Part shown: positions 39,025-52,203 of the stretch, in pieces
How positions within the stretch are numbered: the stretch's first letter is position 1
How the letters are laid out: each line of letters starts with the position of its first letter
Origin: Leptogorgia sarmentosa
Taxonomy: Eukaryota
Assembly: GCA_964658305.1 (NCBI GenBank)
Contig: OZ210885.1
Location: 5,704,001-5,768,000, forward strand
Length of the DNA stretch: 64,000 bases
Direction of reading: 5' to 3'
Translations under genes and position numbers: made by a program
Notes under the pieces: generated by a model
Told to the model about the DNA's origin: nothing
The model's database searches: none
Seen by the model: the letters and a program-made list of their open reading frames with translations, nothing else

Positions 39025-39573
39025 GTCGTTCGGGAAAACATAATTCCATCATAGTTGATAAAATATTAACTTTATTAGACAATATAACATGAATAATACG
39101 ATGAAAATCATTATCCTCTAAAACATCCTATAAGTTATGAAGTATTCCAATTCCAAAAGCACAAGTATTTCAGATCGAATATGTATTACACAACGAAAGA
39201 GGTATAACATGAGACCTAGAAAATGCCATTTTCGACGATCTAGAGACCCGAAATTTTCAAAATATTCACGCTCGGCGCCAACCCCGGTGGCGCCTCGTGA
39301 GCTTCATTCCCCCAGTATTTGTCAGCTTCCCACTTCAAATTTGGTTCCGTCAGCTTTGTGAGGCAAACGATGATTTGTCGACCACCCAAACAAGACAGGG
39401 CAAACAAAGCGTGGTTTCCCAAACTCGTGTGCAAATTTAAATCCTTAATAAGTGCATATATTTTTCGCTTCATTGATTATTATAGTGATCGTGCGGGAAT
39501 ACAGCAACCACCAAAGTGACAGCATAAGATTTAGGTCGTGCATGCTCTTTCAGTATTCAAATTCAGCGACAAA

Positions 39574-42500
39574 ATGTCGAAGCTTTTCAATCGTTGGCTC
39601 TCTGTTTTTGGAATATGTTTACTGGTGGTTGAAAGTAAGTGTAATCCGCTATAGTATATTATTTAGTACAGCAACAATACAATATCTCATTACGCAAATT
39701 GCCCACGAATACCGATTATAGGTACTCAAATACATGTTTATCAGCTTTCATTGATAGACGTTATAGTTTGTATGTATCCATTGTTTGAACATCAATAGCT
39801 GGGTTTTTTAAAGAAATGCTGATAGCATAGTTAATTAGTTACAGCGGAATAACAATCTTGTTTGATCCCATATATAATAGAAACAGGACTATTAATAATT
39901 TGATCAAATATCGAACATACTTGAGTAGTTGGCGCAAAGACACGCAAACTATATAATACACAAACTGTGAATATTTAGGTTTCAAAATAACAGATTACTA
40001 CCTTCACTATATCTCAAAATCTAGAACCCGTATCCTAATCCTGACCCTAACCCTGACCCTAACCCTAAGCCTCAACCTAATCTTTTTCCAAACTCTGGTG
40101 CTAACGCATTCATATATCGTATTTAAAAATAGGAGAGTTGAGGCTCGTTTCGGCCCTGTTTACCTTGAAACATTTATGATATGTTTTACATGTCGTTTCC
40201 GGACTTACCGCATATCGAAATTGACCACAATTTCAATTCAGGGATTAAAATAAGAAGCGACGTGCATTACCGAGGTAAAATACATAAACAAACAAGACCC
40301 TTGTAACTATTGATCATATCATAATTGAGGTAGCTACATATATAATGAGTCACATGACTTCTACTTTAGTTGTGTTAAGAGCAAAGAAAAAGTTTATGTT
40401 AAAATATTGAGACAAATTGAAACAGGTTAAAAATTAATTTTTGTGGTCGTAATAAATATACCTGATGGGCTTTGCCAGCACGTTCTACATCCTTCATGCA
40501 AAACACTACAACTTCAGAAATATCTACATTTCTTTCGTTTCAACATTTGTCGCCATTTTGAAAGCTCTGACAATGACAATGTTTATCGCGTACGGATGGT
40601 ATGTGGGGCTTTACGAAGTGAAAATGGTCTTTCTTTTCTTGTTCATGCTGATAATGTGCACAGTTGTATAATTAAACATTATCACTAATTTCTACGGTAT
40701 ACGTATTTTCAATACTGAGTACTTCTTCTCTATTAATTTGATATACGTATAATCTCTAGCTACCATCATGGACTGATACTTTTTAGAAATAATCTAATTG
40801 ATTCGTCATTTTTGCTCTTATTTTCATGTGGACCAGGAAGTGACCCACTGAACAAACCGACTAGCATACGAAGTAACGTTAGAGAATACATTCAAAGAGT
40901 TCCACAGAACCAATGTTGATAACGTTAAAGCCGTTTGCATCAACTAGAGAAAACCTCCCATTGATCTTACTAATGTTAAATGGCGTTACAGTCTCTTGCG
41001 CGATATACAGCCTTTGTTTACAAATACACTTTATCTTTTTGTGTAACTCGTTGAATAAACAGTTTTTACCACAAGGACCAGCATTTAAAAGATTTACAAT
41101 TGACGTAACTTCTATAAATCATGCAAGTTTGATGTTCTCAACTGAGAAAGGCTGCCAAACTGAAGCGTGGTCCACAATTGTTTAAATTTTTGAGACATGC
41201 TCACAAGTAACTGTAACCTGTCTTTAATTTTAAAAAGTATGTGCTTTTATAAGCTGCCAGCCATTTCATAGTCTCGAACGACAGTTTACCCAAACCCTCC
41301 ATTAAAGAAGTGCACGTTTCGCCCCTGATTCGATTGCAAAATAATCCCTTGTTATCCTTATTTTCTACTTTGAAAGTCAGTACAATGAGATACAGTGAAA
41401 GCAACAATCTTTTTTCATATCGAAAAATAAAGCTACGCAGCTAAAATCTTCCCTCATGCAGGACGTTAAAACTCACAAAGCTTACTAGATCTAGTATGAT
41501 ATTAGATACATGCATGGCGTTTGGGACCTTCTAATATTTAGTAATAAATTATGTCTAAAAAATTAATCAAATATTTTTTAAATATAAAATATACTCGAAT
41601 ACAACACTCATATAACAAATTAGTGACACCAAACCTCACTCAAATCTATTGATTTACGTCGTTGTGTTTAGGTTGTCAAAGTTTTTTCCTGAGGCATACT
41701 CAGACTGGAAAGTGTATCACAGTATCGGAAGAACTCGTGTACAACTTCCCAGACCATGCATTTCCTTACTTTGTTGTTATGACTGACAACTGCTTGGACG
41801 AAAAATCACAATTTCGTTATCTTAACAGTGAACTTTTACACAATATTGAAAAGGAGGGCACGCTGGTGTATTCATCAACATCTACCTATCGCGCTCGTTG
41901 GGCTCTATACAAAGCTGTATCATTAAACGGAAAACGTTATCAAAACGATGCACAACATCGTTTGAAACAGACCGATGGGGGATCTTTATTCTTTTACAAG
42001 AGAGACGACCGTGTTTGTGCGGAACCTTCGTCACAGTATTTATTAGGGAAGACGTACTGTGACAGAGCAAACCAAACCTTTACTTTCGGTAAGTGGAATG
42101 TTCAGGAAAAATTCTAAAATTTTGTAAAAGTATTGAGAGATACTGGAAACCTTTTAAATGTAGCTAATAACTGATAATTAACAAGCTTTTGCTATCCTAC
42201 TAGCAACCCATCATGACGGACGATATATCAACTATAGCCATACGAGAAATACGGTAGAGGATTTACAGTCCACATCGGCAGCGTAGGCATGGGCGTACCG
42301 GGCGGGGGGGCGGCAGCCCCCCCCAGTTTGTTGGGCAAACAAGGCCAGTCGGACAATATTCGCCTCACAGTCGGGTAAATGATTGTCGTACACACTGATA
42401 TTACATGATAAATTAACTTGTGAATGTATTATGTATACGTATTAATTAAATTTAACGGGAATATGAGTATCAATTACAAAATAAAAGTCGGACAATTTTC

Positions 42501-45500
42501 TAGATAGCCGGGCAAATTGCCGAACGCCCCCCTGAAAAATGTTGGCCGGTACGCCCATGAGCGTAGGTAGCACTTCAGGATAACGAACAACAGCAGGTCG
42601 CGCACATTTATATACTTTAATTTGAAAAGTAACGTGCGAATAAATAACAGAATCATTTGATATTTCCCATTGAAGTCAAGGTGGACTGTAAATCGGACGA
42701 AGGCCCTTCGGTCGAAACGTCGAATTTGTTTTATCGTTTAGGTAGTGAGATTATTCTTCCTGCTCTTGTTCTGTTATTTGAAACTGTTTTTTTCTGTGCG
42801 CGACATAAACATTAAAACCGATAAACGCAGGATATACTTTGAACAAGAAAAGTGTGTATTTGTCCGAAAAACGCTAAATTTGGTCACTTGAGATCAACAT
42901 AATTTTCCATAGCAGTAATGGTGGATTTAACCATCCATCGTTTTGAAATGTTAGTATGCGATGAAAATGCATGGGTTCAGGAGATCATTCTGATGGTAAG
43001 GCTAATTCTGTTTTTCAGGCTCAGTGACGGCTTTCAACGCTTCAATGGAAAATGTTAGTTGCTCTCCAGTACAACATATGGTGGTGAAAAGTGCGGATTG
43101 TGGAGATTTTAATGTGCAAGGCAACTTTAATGACGACAAAAATATTGATACACAATGCAGCCAACTTGCCAATTGTCAGGTGAAATCTCTTTGTGGCGGG
43201 AAAACATCTTGCGAGCTGACAATGAACAACGCTCTATTGGCATCAAAATATCGCTCTGATAGCTCAAAACAAATATATACCAAGTACACTTGTGTGGATA
43301 GCTACAACTCTTCCGCTATAACTACAGGTAATAATTGTACTGGGGTCACTGGGTACCGATAGATTATTCATTTCCCCTGTTCTATTACAACTAATTACTG
43401 GTTGTTTAAATAGCTTCAGTCACGACTAACTTAGAATAGATAGGGTTGGTTATCCGGCTGTAGCTTAAAATTTACACTGTGTGAGTGTGACCTAAGTAAT
43501 TTTGACCACATGCTTTTGTAAGGTGAAATACCCCCCCCCCCTTCCATGCAATCTCGTGGCTCAGCTAATTCCCCTGTACGGCATAAAGTCTGATTTTTAA
43601 CGTTTTAGCTCCCAATATTAGACTGACAAGCCAAAGCCAAGGACTCATTGAAATAAAAGATGGTTCAGCTTGGAGGAAAGTTGTTGAAACTGGCTGGGAT
43701 AGGATTCGTCAGAAAATGCTGTGTCAGCACTTGGGATTTGAAGAAACTAGTGAAAATAGAATTGAAACTTTATCATTAAAATCTCAGACTACACAAATAA
43801 AGATTGCCACTGGGGACCTGATATGCTATAACAAACAATTGAATGGAACATCCTGTTGCGTCCATCTTGAACCTTCAACAGCCACAACAATTGCTATGGC
43901 TCCATATGTGACGTGTAAGTAGGCATACACAAACTGATAACAAATATAGTTATAGAATGCCAAAAATGTTCATTGTTTTAAATTATTTCAGTTAAGTTTA
44001 CGATTTACAAACTGAAACTGAAACATATGAATTGCCGCGTACGTTGTAATTGTAACAATTTAACAGTACTTCATGCTGCTAGAATATAGTTGCATTTATT
44101 CGGGATCATAGTTACATTCTTGGTTAGTTCCCTTTCAATGGAAAATACTCGGTTCTCGATACTCTAGCGCATGCATGTTTACTATTATTGAATTAATTTT
44201 CATAAAACTTAACATATAGAATCTGATTATTTTTACCGCAAACAAAGTCGAAGCTATAGATTATAATTATGTACGCGTACATATATTAGAAAAGTATTAC
44301 CTAAAATATAAAAATCCTTCAAAACAAGGGGAAATACACTGATCTCTTTTTCATCCTCACAACAGGCCAAATATGTAACAGCCCACTACTCCAAAACGAA
44401 AATACGTTTCCCGACTCCGCGTTTTCTGGCAGTGGTGATTCAAGTAATAAATACAAAGACGCGAGGATTACTAAAAGTGGCTGGTGTCCATCTGGGTCTG
44501 GTAGTGCATACCTCTTGCTTGATCTCCAGAAAGAATATCACATTACTCAAGTTGTGGTTATGGCTAACAAGGAACAAACAAAATGGAGCGGCTCATATTC
44601 CATAAACTACAGCGTTGATACTTCTTATAAAAATTCTGCGCAGGTATATATAAGTTTTGGAAATAATTGGAATTTAAAAAAAAACCCCGCCTCTTGGAAA
44701 CATTCAGATGATCTCGTATTCGTGTTTCAGCCAATCAGCGCTCAGAAAGGGTTGCCCGAATAGAAATCCATTTTGCTATATTCACACGATTACGTATATC
44801 TTTCGTCATTCTGTACGAAACAAGTTGAAATTTTGTAATTATGTTTGGTTATGAGAACTATACTCTGACTATAATATGGAATCGAAATAAAGTATATTAT
44901 GAGAGATATTCAGTTGTTTCGGTCGAAAAATGGATTTCTATTTGACAGCTAGTCCCAGTACTTTTCCGTGTATCGAGATCACCTGGATAGTTTAACTTAT
45001 GTAATTTTGGGGATACATATGATTTGAAGATTTCAATAAAGAAAAGTTGAAGAGTAACAATTTTTTTCTCTTTTTCAGATTTCGGGAAACCTGGACGGTT
45101 ACCAAGCATCAAGAACAAGCCTAAATATTTATAATGTTCGTCACGTGAAGTTAGCATCCACTGGGAACAGAAACTTTTGTCTAAGAGTAGAATTCTGTGG
45201 AGAGGGTATGACTTTGATTATCCTGTTTCTATGAAGGTTTTCCAGAAAAATTTTAGATTGTAGCATGCGCCCTTGGGATGACGCAACAACGTGTAGAGCC
45301 CTCCCCTATTTTCAGCTTCGAAGAGGTCGCCCCCCCCCCAAAAAAAAAGTCCTGGATTTCAAGTCCCTGGTACATTTAATGCCTTATTCATAAAATCATA
45401 AGTCATTTGATTATCAATGCACTGTATTTAGTTCAAAGGCCAGCTCCAGTGTCCAATATCATCGTTTCACCATCCCAGTACGTTGCACGTTTGACGTGGG

Positions 45501-48500
45501 AAATATCCACATCCAGTGAGGATTCCAGCTTCATAACACAGATCGTCATATATCTTAACAACAAGGAACTCCAGACTATATCCCGCGGAACTGAATTTAC
45601 TCTTGATGGACTTTCATCGAACACTTGGTATACTGTGGGAATACAAACTAAAGATGGTTCTTCACAAAAGAGTCAAATAGTTAAAAATACCTTCATGACC
45701 AGAAAAGGAGGTAAAAATATAGACATCTCTCATGCAAAAAGATCGCACCTGTGTTAGAAATAGTCAATATAATTATCGTTTGATTTGCTAGTCTCTTAAA
45801 TCAGCCGTTGAACAAAGACCTCAATGGGTAGTACCCAATATTTCTCAATTGAGAACACGGGTAATGCCCACGCTGGACTATCGCCTAAGATTGCTGGTCG
45901 GCGTTTCGGTATTACTCTTGATATAGTTATATTAGTGTTAGATGTAAACCATTTTTCTATATACTAAGAATTTCCTTAATCCCAACCCAAGCCCTAGAAT
46001 CCTAACCCTGACCATTGTGATCAGAAAAATATTGAAGAAAAAAAATTTTCATCACTAACGCTGAAAAAATGTGTCCAACTTGGGCTTGAACTATGGAACT
46101 GTAACGCACGCACCGCGTGCCTTACCATTTGAGCTAAATCGAGCCCGCTGCTCTCCACTCTGGCCTGGCTTAATGCATATGATTATAGACCCGGGCAATC
46201 ACTGTTCATAATTTACCAGGCCAGGCTACTTAGACGATAGTCCAGCGTGGGAATTACCCATGTTTTCAATTGAGAAATATCGGGTACTACCCGTTGAGGT
46301 ATTTGTTTAACGGGTGCTTAAATAACCTCACATTATCGCAACAATTGACTGAGATGAGAGCATAAAGTAAAAGCTACCCAGCGAGTGGTTGGATTATGAA
46401 TTATATATTATGTACGCCTGGCTCATCAGAGGTAATGGCAGATACGTGAAATGTACAAAAAAAATTAAACATAAACTTCCTCTTCTTCATTGTAGTCTCT
46501 ACCGGACCTCCGTTGAAGGTTACCTTAACATCACGAGGGAAAAACACACTGCACGTTTCTTGGGAAGCTCCACAAACGCTCAATGGCGAACTGAAAGGAT
46601 ATCAAGTTTGCTATTCTGCCCTAGAAAGCTCAAGTAGCGGTAATTGCAGTGAGCCAACTGAGTCATTTTCATACACCATCTCTCCACTTCTACCATCCAC
46701 AAAGTACACCGTAACGGTTTCGGCTGTTACAAGTGCTGGTTTGGGGCCGAAGAGTTCGAAAGTCAGTAAAATAACAAATGGAGGTGAATATTGATCTTAT
46801 TATTGTAGTGCTCAGCGGTAATACGTTAAGGACTACCCATGAGACATTTCGGGGGAAATACAGTCAAAATCTTTACGATCTGAGCGTTTATTTTGATTTA
46901 TTATAGGATTTTTACAATAATAAGTTTTGATTTTCTACTGCTTCCGAAAGACATTACAGTCAGGACCGGATTTAGGGGTGGGGCCAAGCCCCCCTCCCCC
47001 CCCCCTCCTCCACCCACCCACCACCAAAAGGTGGCCATGCACTCACCAAATCGGTTGACCTTTATAATTATACTGTATAAAAGAAAGTCTGTGACATGTT
47101 TGTGCTCTGCATCTAGAGCAGTGGAGTAGGCCACCCATATAGTTTTTTCGCTTTATCATTATTACGGCAAAATTCCAATACCACAGAACAAAAGTATTCC
47201 ACATTGAATACCAATTAATCAACGAAAGAGGTATATGAGACCTCGAAAATGCCATTTCCGGCCATCTAGAGATCCCAAATTCCAAAGATTGGTTTTTATT
47301 TTTTAGAGCCAATTAAATTCGTTGCAACGCTATATTACAGTCTCATTTTAAATATACCGAAACAAGAAGATTATATCAGGTACGTGTTACTCCAATGATG
47401 CAATACTTGGAGATTGCTAGGTTCAAATAAAAAACACACGTGATATGGTATGGGAGAGTAAAGCCCGAGTACCGAAGCTGTTAGCCAGATACAGCCGAGG
47501 CTCGAGGGTTTAACTGAATTTTTATATGATTGACAAGATTTTCTCTAGAAAAAAGTTTGAAATACGCTATGCACATATGAGAGTAGCTATGTGTTTGATT
47601 TTCTTGTGTTTCTATGATTGAATTAGGTGCGTCCTTATAAATCCACGGGCTTTATACAGATAAATCCCGTGAATTTATAAACAGATATTTATGCTATATA
47701 CAGGTCTATGAATAACAAAGAAAACCGCGTCAATCATAATATAATAAAGTAAGGTTGAACTTCGGCACTTGCTATATAAATATAACAATATAACATGTTA
47801 CTTTTCAGAGATGTGTTGATAATTGTTCAAAGTGCTACGAACAATCCAACATCAAGTGGTAACCTGAGGACAAGCAATCTTAAACCTTATCAAAAAAATA
47901 TCAAAGATCCGTACGTTACTGCTTATTTGAAAGCGAATGATTTACCCCGCACGTTTGTGATCGGCGATGGCAAGAAGTATAATTCAGAAAAAGAAACATA
48001 TCTGAACCGGCTGTTAAGACAGAACTCCAATTATATTGTCTTTGTCAGATTTCTTGAAAATGAGGTACTGTAAATGACTTTAGAAATATATGTTATTTAC
48101 CGCCTGGGAGGTCCGGATAGAAAAATATTTTGTCGAGGTCTCGATATATATTGCATTTTTTGCCATTAAAACAAAAATAAAAAAAAAATTTATATACTTC
48201 GGCCATTACTTATTTATAATTCCGAACTGTGGTCAAGATGACATAAAATTCCGGCCGCTGCAGCAGCCAATCAGATTGCAGAAAACGCTAGGAGTCCGCC
48301 TGCTGCTGATTTACAAAAAAATAAATGGACAATATTTTCTAATTTTGCTACGTTCCAAATAATGTGCTACATTGCTTCATTTCAATATGAAACTGATCTC
48401 ATTCGAGACTGGATAATGACAAAGTTAATTATATGATCATGACTTTTGTATTTTCGTCCAGGATTCCTATTACTCTACAGAATGGAGTGGACATGTTAAA

Positions 48501-49806
48501 ACAAAAATACTGGCTCCAGGTAAATCATTTTCTTGGTGGTTTATTTATTCTGTTCATGAAATCAAAATACCGTTGAGAAAATGTTGGGATGAACAAGTAA
48601 TATTCTGAATTCTTGTATTATAGACGGTCAAGATGCGAAGCAATCCAGTTGTGACAAAATCCAAATAGATCTCCTGATTCCTCTGGTTATTTTTGTTCTT
48701 TGTTTTCTGCTGTCACTTGGTGTAATCATATATCAACGTCGTCTCATTCAAAATTTTAAAAATATATCTCGTCGCGGGTACGAGGTTCCACAACAGGCAG
48801 AGGCAGAGCAAATGATTAAATCCAGTAGGTATTTAATTCATTCAGTTAAGTTATTCTATTAACGTTCAATTAAATTTGTTAATTTGTCAACAGTATTCTG
48901 TGGTACATGAAAACGCAAATCCTAAAATATATCTTGCTTCTTGATCTACAACCTACCTCTTGTTTAAACTGGTTGCAAGACATTTTTATTTTAATATTCA
49001 GTCTTTGGGTTAGAACTTAGAAGTAATATTAATCAGGGAGAAATGCATAAACATGGCACGGGTTCTAAAACTCAGCCTCAAACGAAATGGCCTTTTGGGA
49101 CCTGCCCGTTCCAGAATCCTTCGGTTGATGAACATTTGTTTGGCCAAAAAGCACACAAAAGAGTCATGTTTCATCTAGTATATAAGATACTTCTCAAATC
49201 ATAATTCTCAGGGACCGCGAAAGATCGATAATTGAGGGGGGGGGGCTCATATTCATATATTCGTGTTAACAGACCTTGACAACAATTGATTTGAAAAGAA
49301 ATAAGTGATGGAAAACAAGAATATATAAATACTAGCTCTCTTTCCCCCCAATTATTGATCTTCCGTGGTCGCTGAGTTCAACCCATGACAGTCTGTTGTA
49401 TATTGCATGTCCGCTAAGATTATCTGCAGCGCTGTACGTTTCCTGTAGGTGTGCTGACAATGATAACTAATTATCAATGATCAAAATACAAGAGATGCAC
49501 CAACACTTTTATAATTCCATTCCAGCTCTGGAAGGTAACAACAAAACTGTGAAAGCCGTCAAAGCCGCTACCGGCAGTGATTTGTACATGAATGATGAAT
49601 ATGAATCACCTGACTGCTTTGCTAAAGAGAAGAAGCAAAATGAAACTGAATCTCAACAACATCTTTCTGCTGCAGAAGAATCCTCGACCTACATGTCTTT
49701 GAAAAACCGCAAAGATCCTGAGAACGTTTATCAATCGCTACAATACCCCAATATTCAGACCGTGGAGTATGAAAATCCCACATTTGCGTCCAAAGGGCAA
49801 ATGTAG
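39574..49806 (+). CDS. Type I multi-lectin transmembrane receptor (beta-trefoil, SUEL lectin, SRCR, F5/8C, 2xFN3, RPTP-like juxtamembrane domain, TM, Tyr-motif tail); 13 exons, 977 aa
   Basis: Exons 39574-39634 (signal peptide), 41672-42088, 43019-43327, 43609-43914, 44366-44643, 45079-45205, 45432-45710, 46496-46783, 47307-47379, 47809-48064, 48462-48519, 48624-48824 (TM LLIPLVIFVLCFLLSLGVIIY followed by QRR), 49526-49806. All GT-AG, phases consistent, 2934 nt. Domains recognised by motif, e.g. IRL..G.IEI..W..W..LCQHLGF, CGGKTSC..KYTC, W.P..LDL..LRVEFCG and FVIGDGK.Y..Y.N..L. Confidence 0.85.
42288..42559. mobile_element. hAT-like MITE, 8-bp TSD AGCGTAGG
   Basis: agcgtagg|catgggcgtaccgg ... 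ccggtacgcccatg|agcgtagg. A related left end occurs at 38758. Confidence 0.88.
44704..44986. mobile_element. MITE with 2-bp TSD (AT); second copy at 62541-62820
   Basis: TIR cagatgatctcgta / tatcgagatcacctg; the two copies align over their full length. Confidence 0.85.
45802..46316. mobile_element. Non-autonomous DNA transposon with ~80-bp TIRs and 7-bp TSD (P-element-like), tRNA-derived interior
   Basis: cttaaat|cagccgttgaacaaagacctc ... tttgtttaacgggtg|cttaaat. Confidence 0.88.
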
Positions 49807-51277
49807 ATTCAACAAAAGCCTCTAGTCGAAGATGATTTTGTAGTGACTGGAAATTTTGCTGCATGTAGAGTGGCCAGAGTGCAATTTCCTCGAATATTTG
49901 TAAGCGGGTTTATAACCACACATCTTTATTTATATTTTAACGAGGGCCGTAGAGTGTTAATTGGGGAGAGGGTGCCTATGCATATATTCCTGTTCTGGGT
50001 TAGGGTTTTTATCAAAATCTGTTTTTTTTAAATAAAGGAAATCTGTCGGGGAGAACATGAGTACATACGAGCACCTTCCCCCCCCCCCCCCCCAACCCCC
50101 CTATTAGCGTTCTAGCTACCGCCCTGATTGTGACAATTTTAAGGATTTGCAAAAATGCATGAATTAGCCTATAGCATTTAATACCATTTTACTCCATATT
50201 ATAATTAACTTTGTTGGGAACTGACGGAACAGATAAGACATTTGCTTTAATTAAATTACGTAATGGGGTATCATATAACATTTAGGGATGGGTATAACTA
50301 AGGGAGACTGGTGAAAATGAGCACACTTTTGCACAGGTGTGAGGCTTAGCGAGACTGAGACAGCGAACGAGCAATGTGATTACTTTAAACTCTATATTAT
50401 TAAATAAAATTGGAAAACGTATTGTGACTTGTCAAGGACTACAGTTTACGGAGGCAAACATTCTCGACAAACTTAACCGCGCGTATTTAATACTTTTTAG
50501 GCACAACATAATCATGAGTGAAATACACACATTAGAGTGAAAGCGAAAAAGTTACAAATAGTGTAGGTATTTTGGTACATGCATATCTATGTTGGATATT
50601 TGTATTGTTGAAAAACAGTTACATTGTATTTCTTCATATTAACGTTATTAGCCTACATGTAGTTCTTTGAAAATGCTGTGGAAATGATCCAATAGCATAG
50701 ATATTTCTCTGAAAACATTACGTATAGTTTGTATTGAAAAATAAATTCTTTTTTTTTCATTTTTCATTTCATTTTTTTCATTTTTCTCTTGTAGCTACGT
50801 ATATAGTCTACCTGATTTTGAAAATACAAATGACATTTCATTCATTGAAAAATAATGATAGTATAAGTTATAATATATATAATATATAATAATATATATT
50901 TAACAATTAGACAACGAGGCCGAGTTGTCTATGAGCGAATAGTTTTGATTTAATTCAAGAGTTTTGAATTATTCATATGAGGAATAATTCCCCATATCCT
51001 ACGAAGACCGAATTCAATAATTGTTTAATTATTTATTTGTATATAGCGCTTGCAAAAACACGCAATTTTGCAAAAACACGCAATTGCAAGGTACTGGAAA
51101 TAAACAAAAATTAAATCAAACAAATTTATTTCAACTCAATATATTAAACGTTTGGAAGAACCTTTCCTTTGAGGAAGCCATTTGTATTTTCCACTATTTT
51201 TCCGCTTTTGGCATATGCAGAATAAATTAGTCGACGTCATAATGTCGTATAATTTTCATTATTACATACACAAGCGC

Positions 51278-51688
51278 TGGATATGAGCTATTCTGCTATC
51301 TGATTGGTTCTCTACTAGCAGGATATTAGCTCATATCCTGCTAGTAGAGAAAAACAAACAAAATGGCGGAAAGAGCGAAGCCGGAATTGAAGTTTTCAAC
51401 AGTTAAAAACGTCTTTGCGATCGATTAAAAGAATAAAATTCAAGAAGTTTAGTCAGTAAATGTTAATTGTGCAGTTTTTAATCTGGAAAACCGGACTCGA
51501 CGCTGTAAAATTCATCGCTTGACTGAGTTGGATCGCTTTGCTGTTTGTTGACATTTTACAACTATAAAAAACTTTCAAATGCAGAAAAACTCACTCTCGT
51601 CGTATATGACTGATAGTCGACTCGGCGCTACGCGCCTCGTCGACTATCAGCGCATATACGACTCGAGTTCGCAGAATAACTGTTAATT
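51278..51688 (-). mobile_element. Hairpin-headed repeat element
   Basis: Hairpin at ~51591-51672 with a GC-GTA-GC loop on the minus strand; ctgattgg near the opposite end. Confidence 0.65.
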
Positions 51689-52203
51689 ATACGACATGAT
51701 TACGTCATAATGTCGTATATGAAGATTTAATCCACTGCTCTTAGCCAATCAAAACTCTTGAATTGTTTGAAATAAATAATAATACCTCATATCCTACTCG
51801 GCCTCATTCAATAATTGTTTAATATATTACCCCTGGAAGCGCCGTCCGGGTGTCAGCCCGGGGCGAGAGTAATAATTCCGCACGGCTATTTACACCCGGG
51901 TAAAGGAGAGCATAGCGGAGTCGAAAGTCATTTCGCCGCCGTTTTGGGTCATGGTAGTAAGGGTGGTTATCACTGATCTCAAAAATATGGCGGACTGTCA
52001 TACCGATGTTGTTCAGCTAATTTAATTTGCTCTAAATAGAGAGAGTATAATTAATGGCTTTGTGGAATGTCCAATGAACTTCCTTCCTTGGGTGTAGAAT
52101 GTCAAACGAGGCTATTATTCTTTTCCGTCATCCTGTTTCAGCTCGCTGTTGAAAGGTTTTATCTATAGTTCTCTGTGAAGCGTTTTATATTATCGGGGGT
52201 AAA

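Noticed and set aside
38689..39092. Repetitive ORFs (ASGQVGKW / AHLPTCPL) in all six frames
   Set aside because: Artefact of a stop-free 8-bp tandem repeat.
40030..40080. Telomere
   Set aside because: Short degenerate CCCTAA-like run in an intron; similar motifs occur inside several repeats here.
40465..41185. Hydrophobic ORFs as the receptor's first exon
   Set aside because: No phase-1 donor compatible with exon 41672 was found; 39574-39634 gives a signal peptide with a canonical gtaagt donor in the right phase.
46075..46140. Functional tRNA gene (also ~13213-13275 and ~53868-53932)
   Set aside because: Only A/B boxes are retained with no convincing cloverleaf, and the segment is embedded in a transposon.
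39574..49806. Receptor-type tyrosine phosphatase
   Set aside because: Only the extracellular stalk resembles RPTPs; no HCxxGxGR catalytic exon was seen before the stop or before the next gene.
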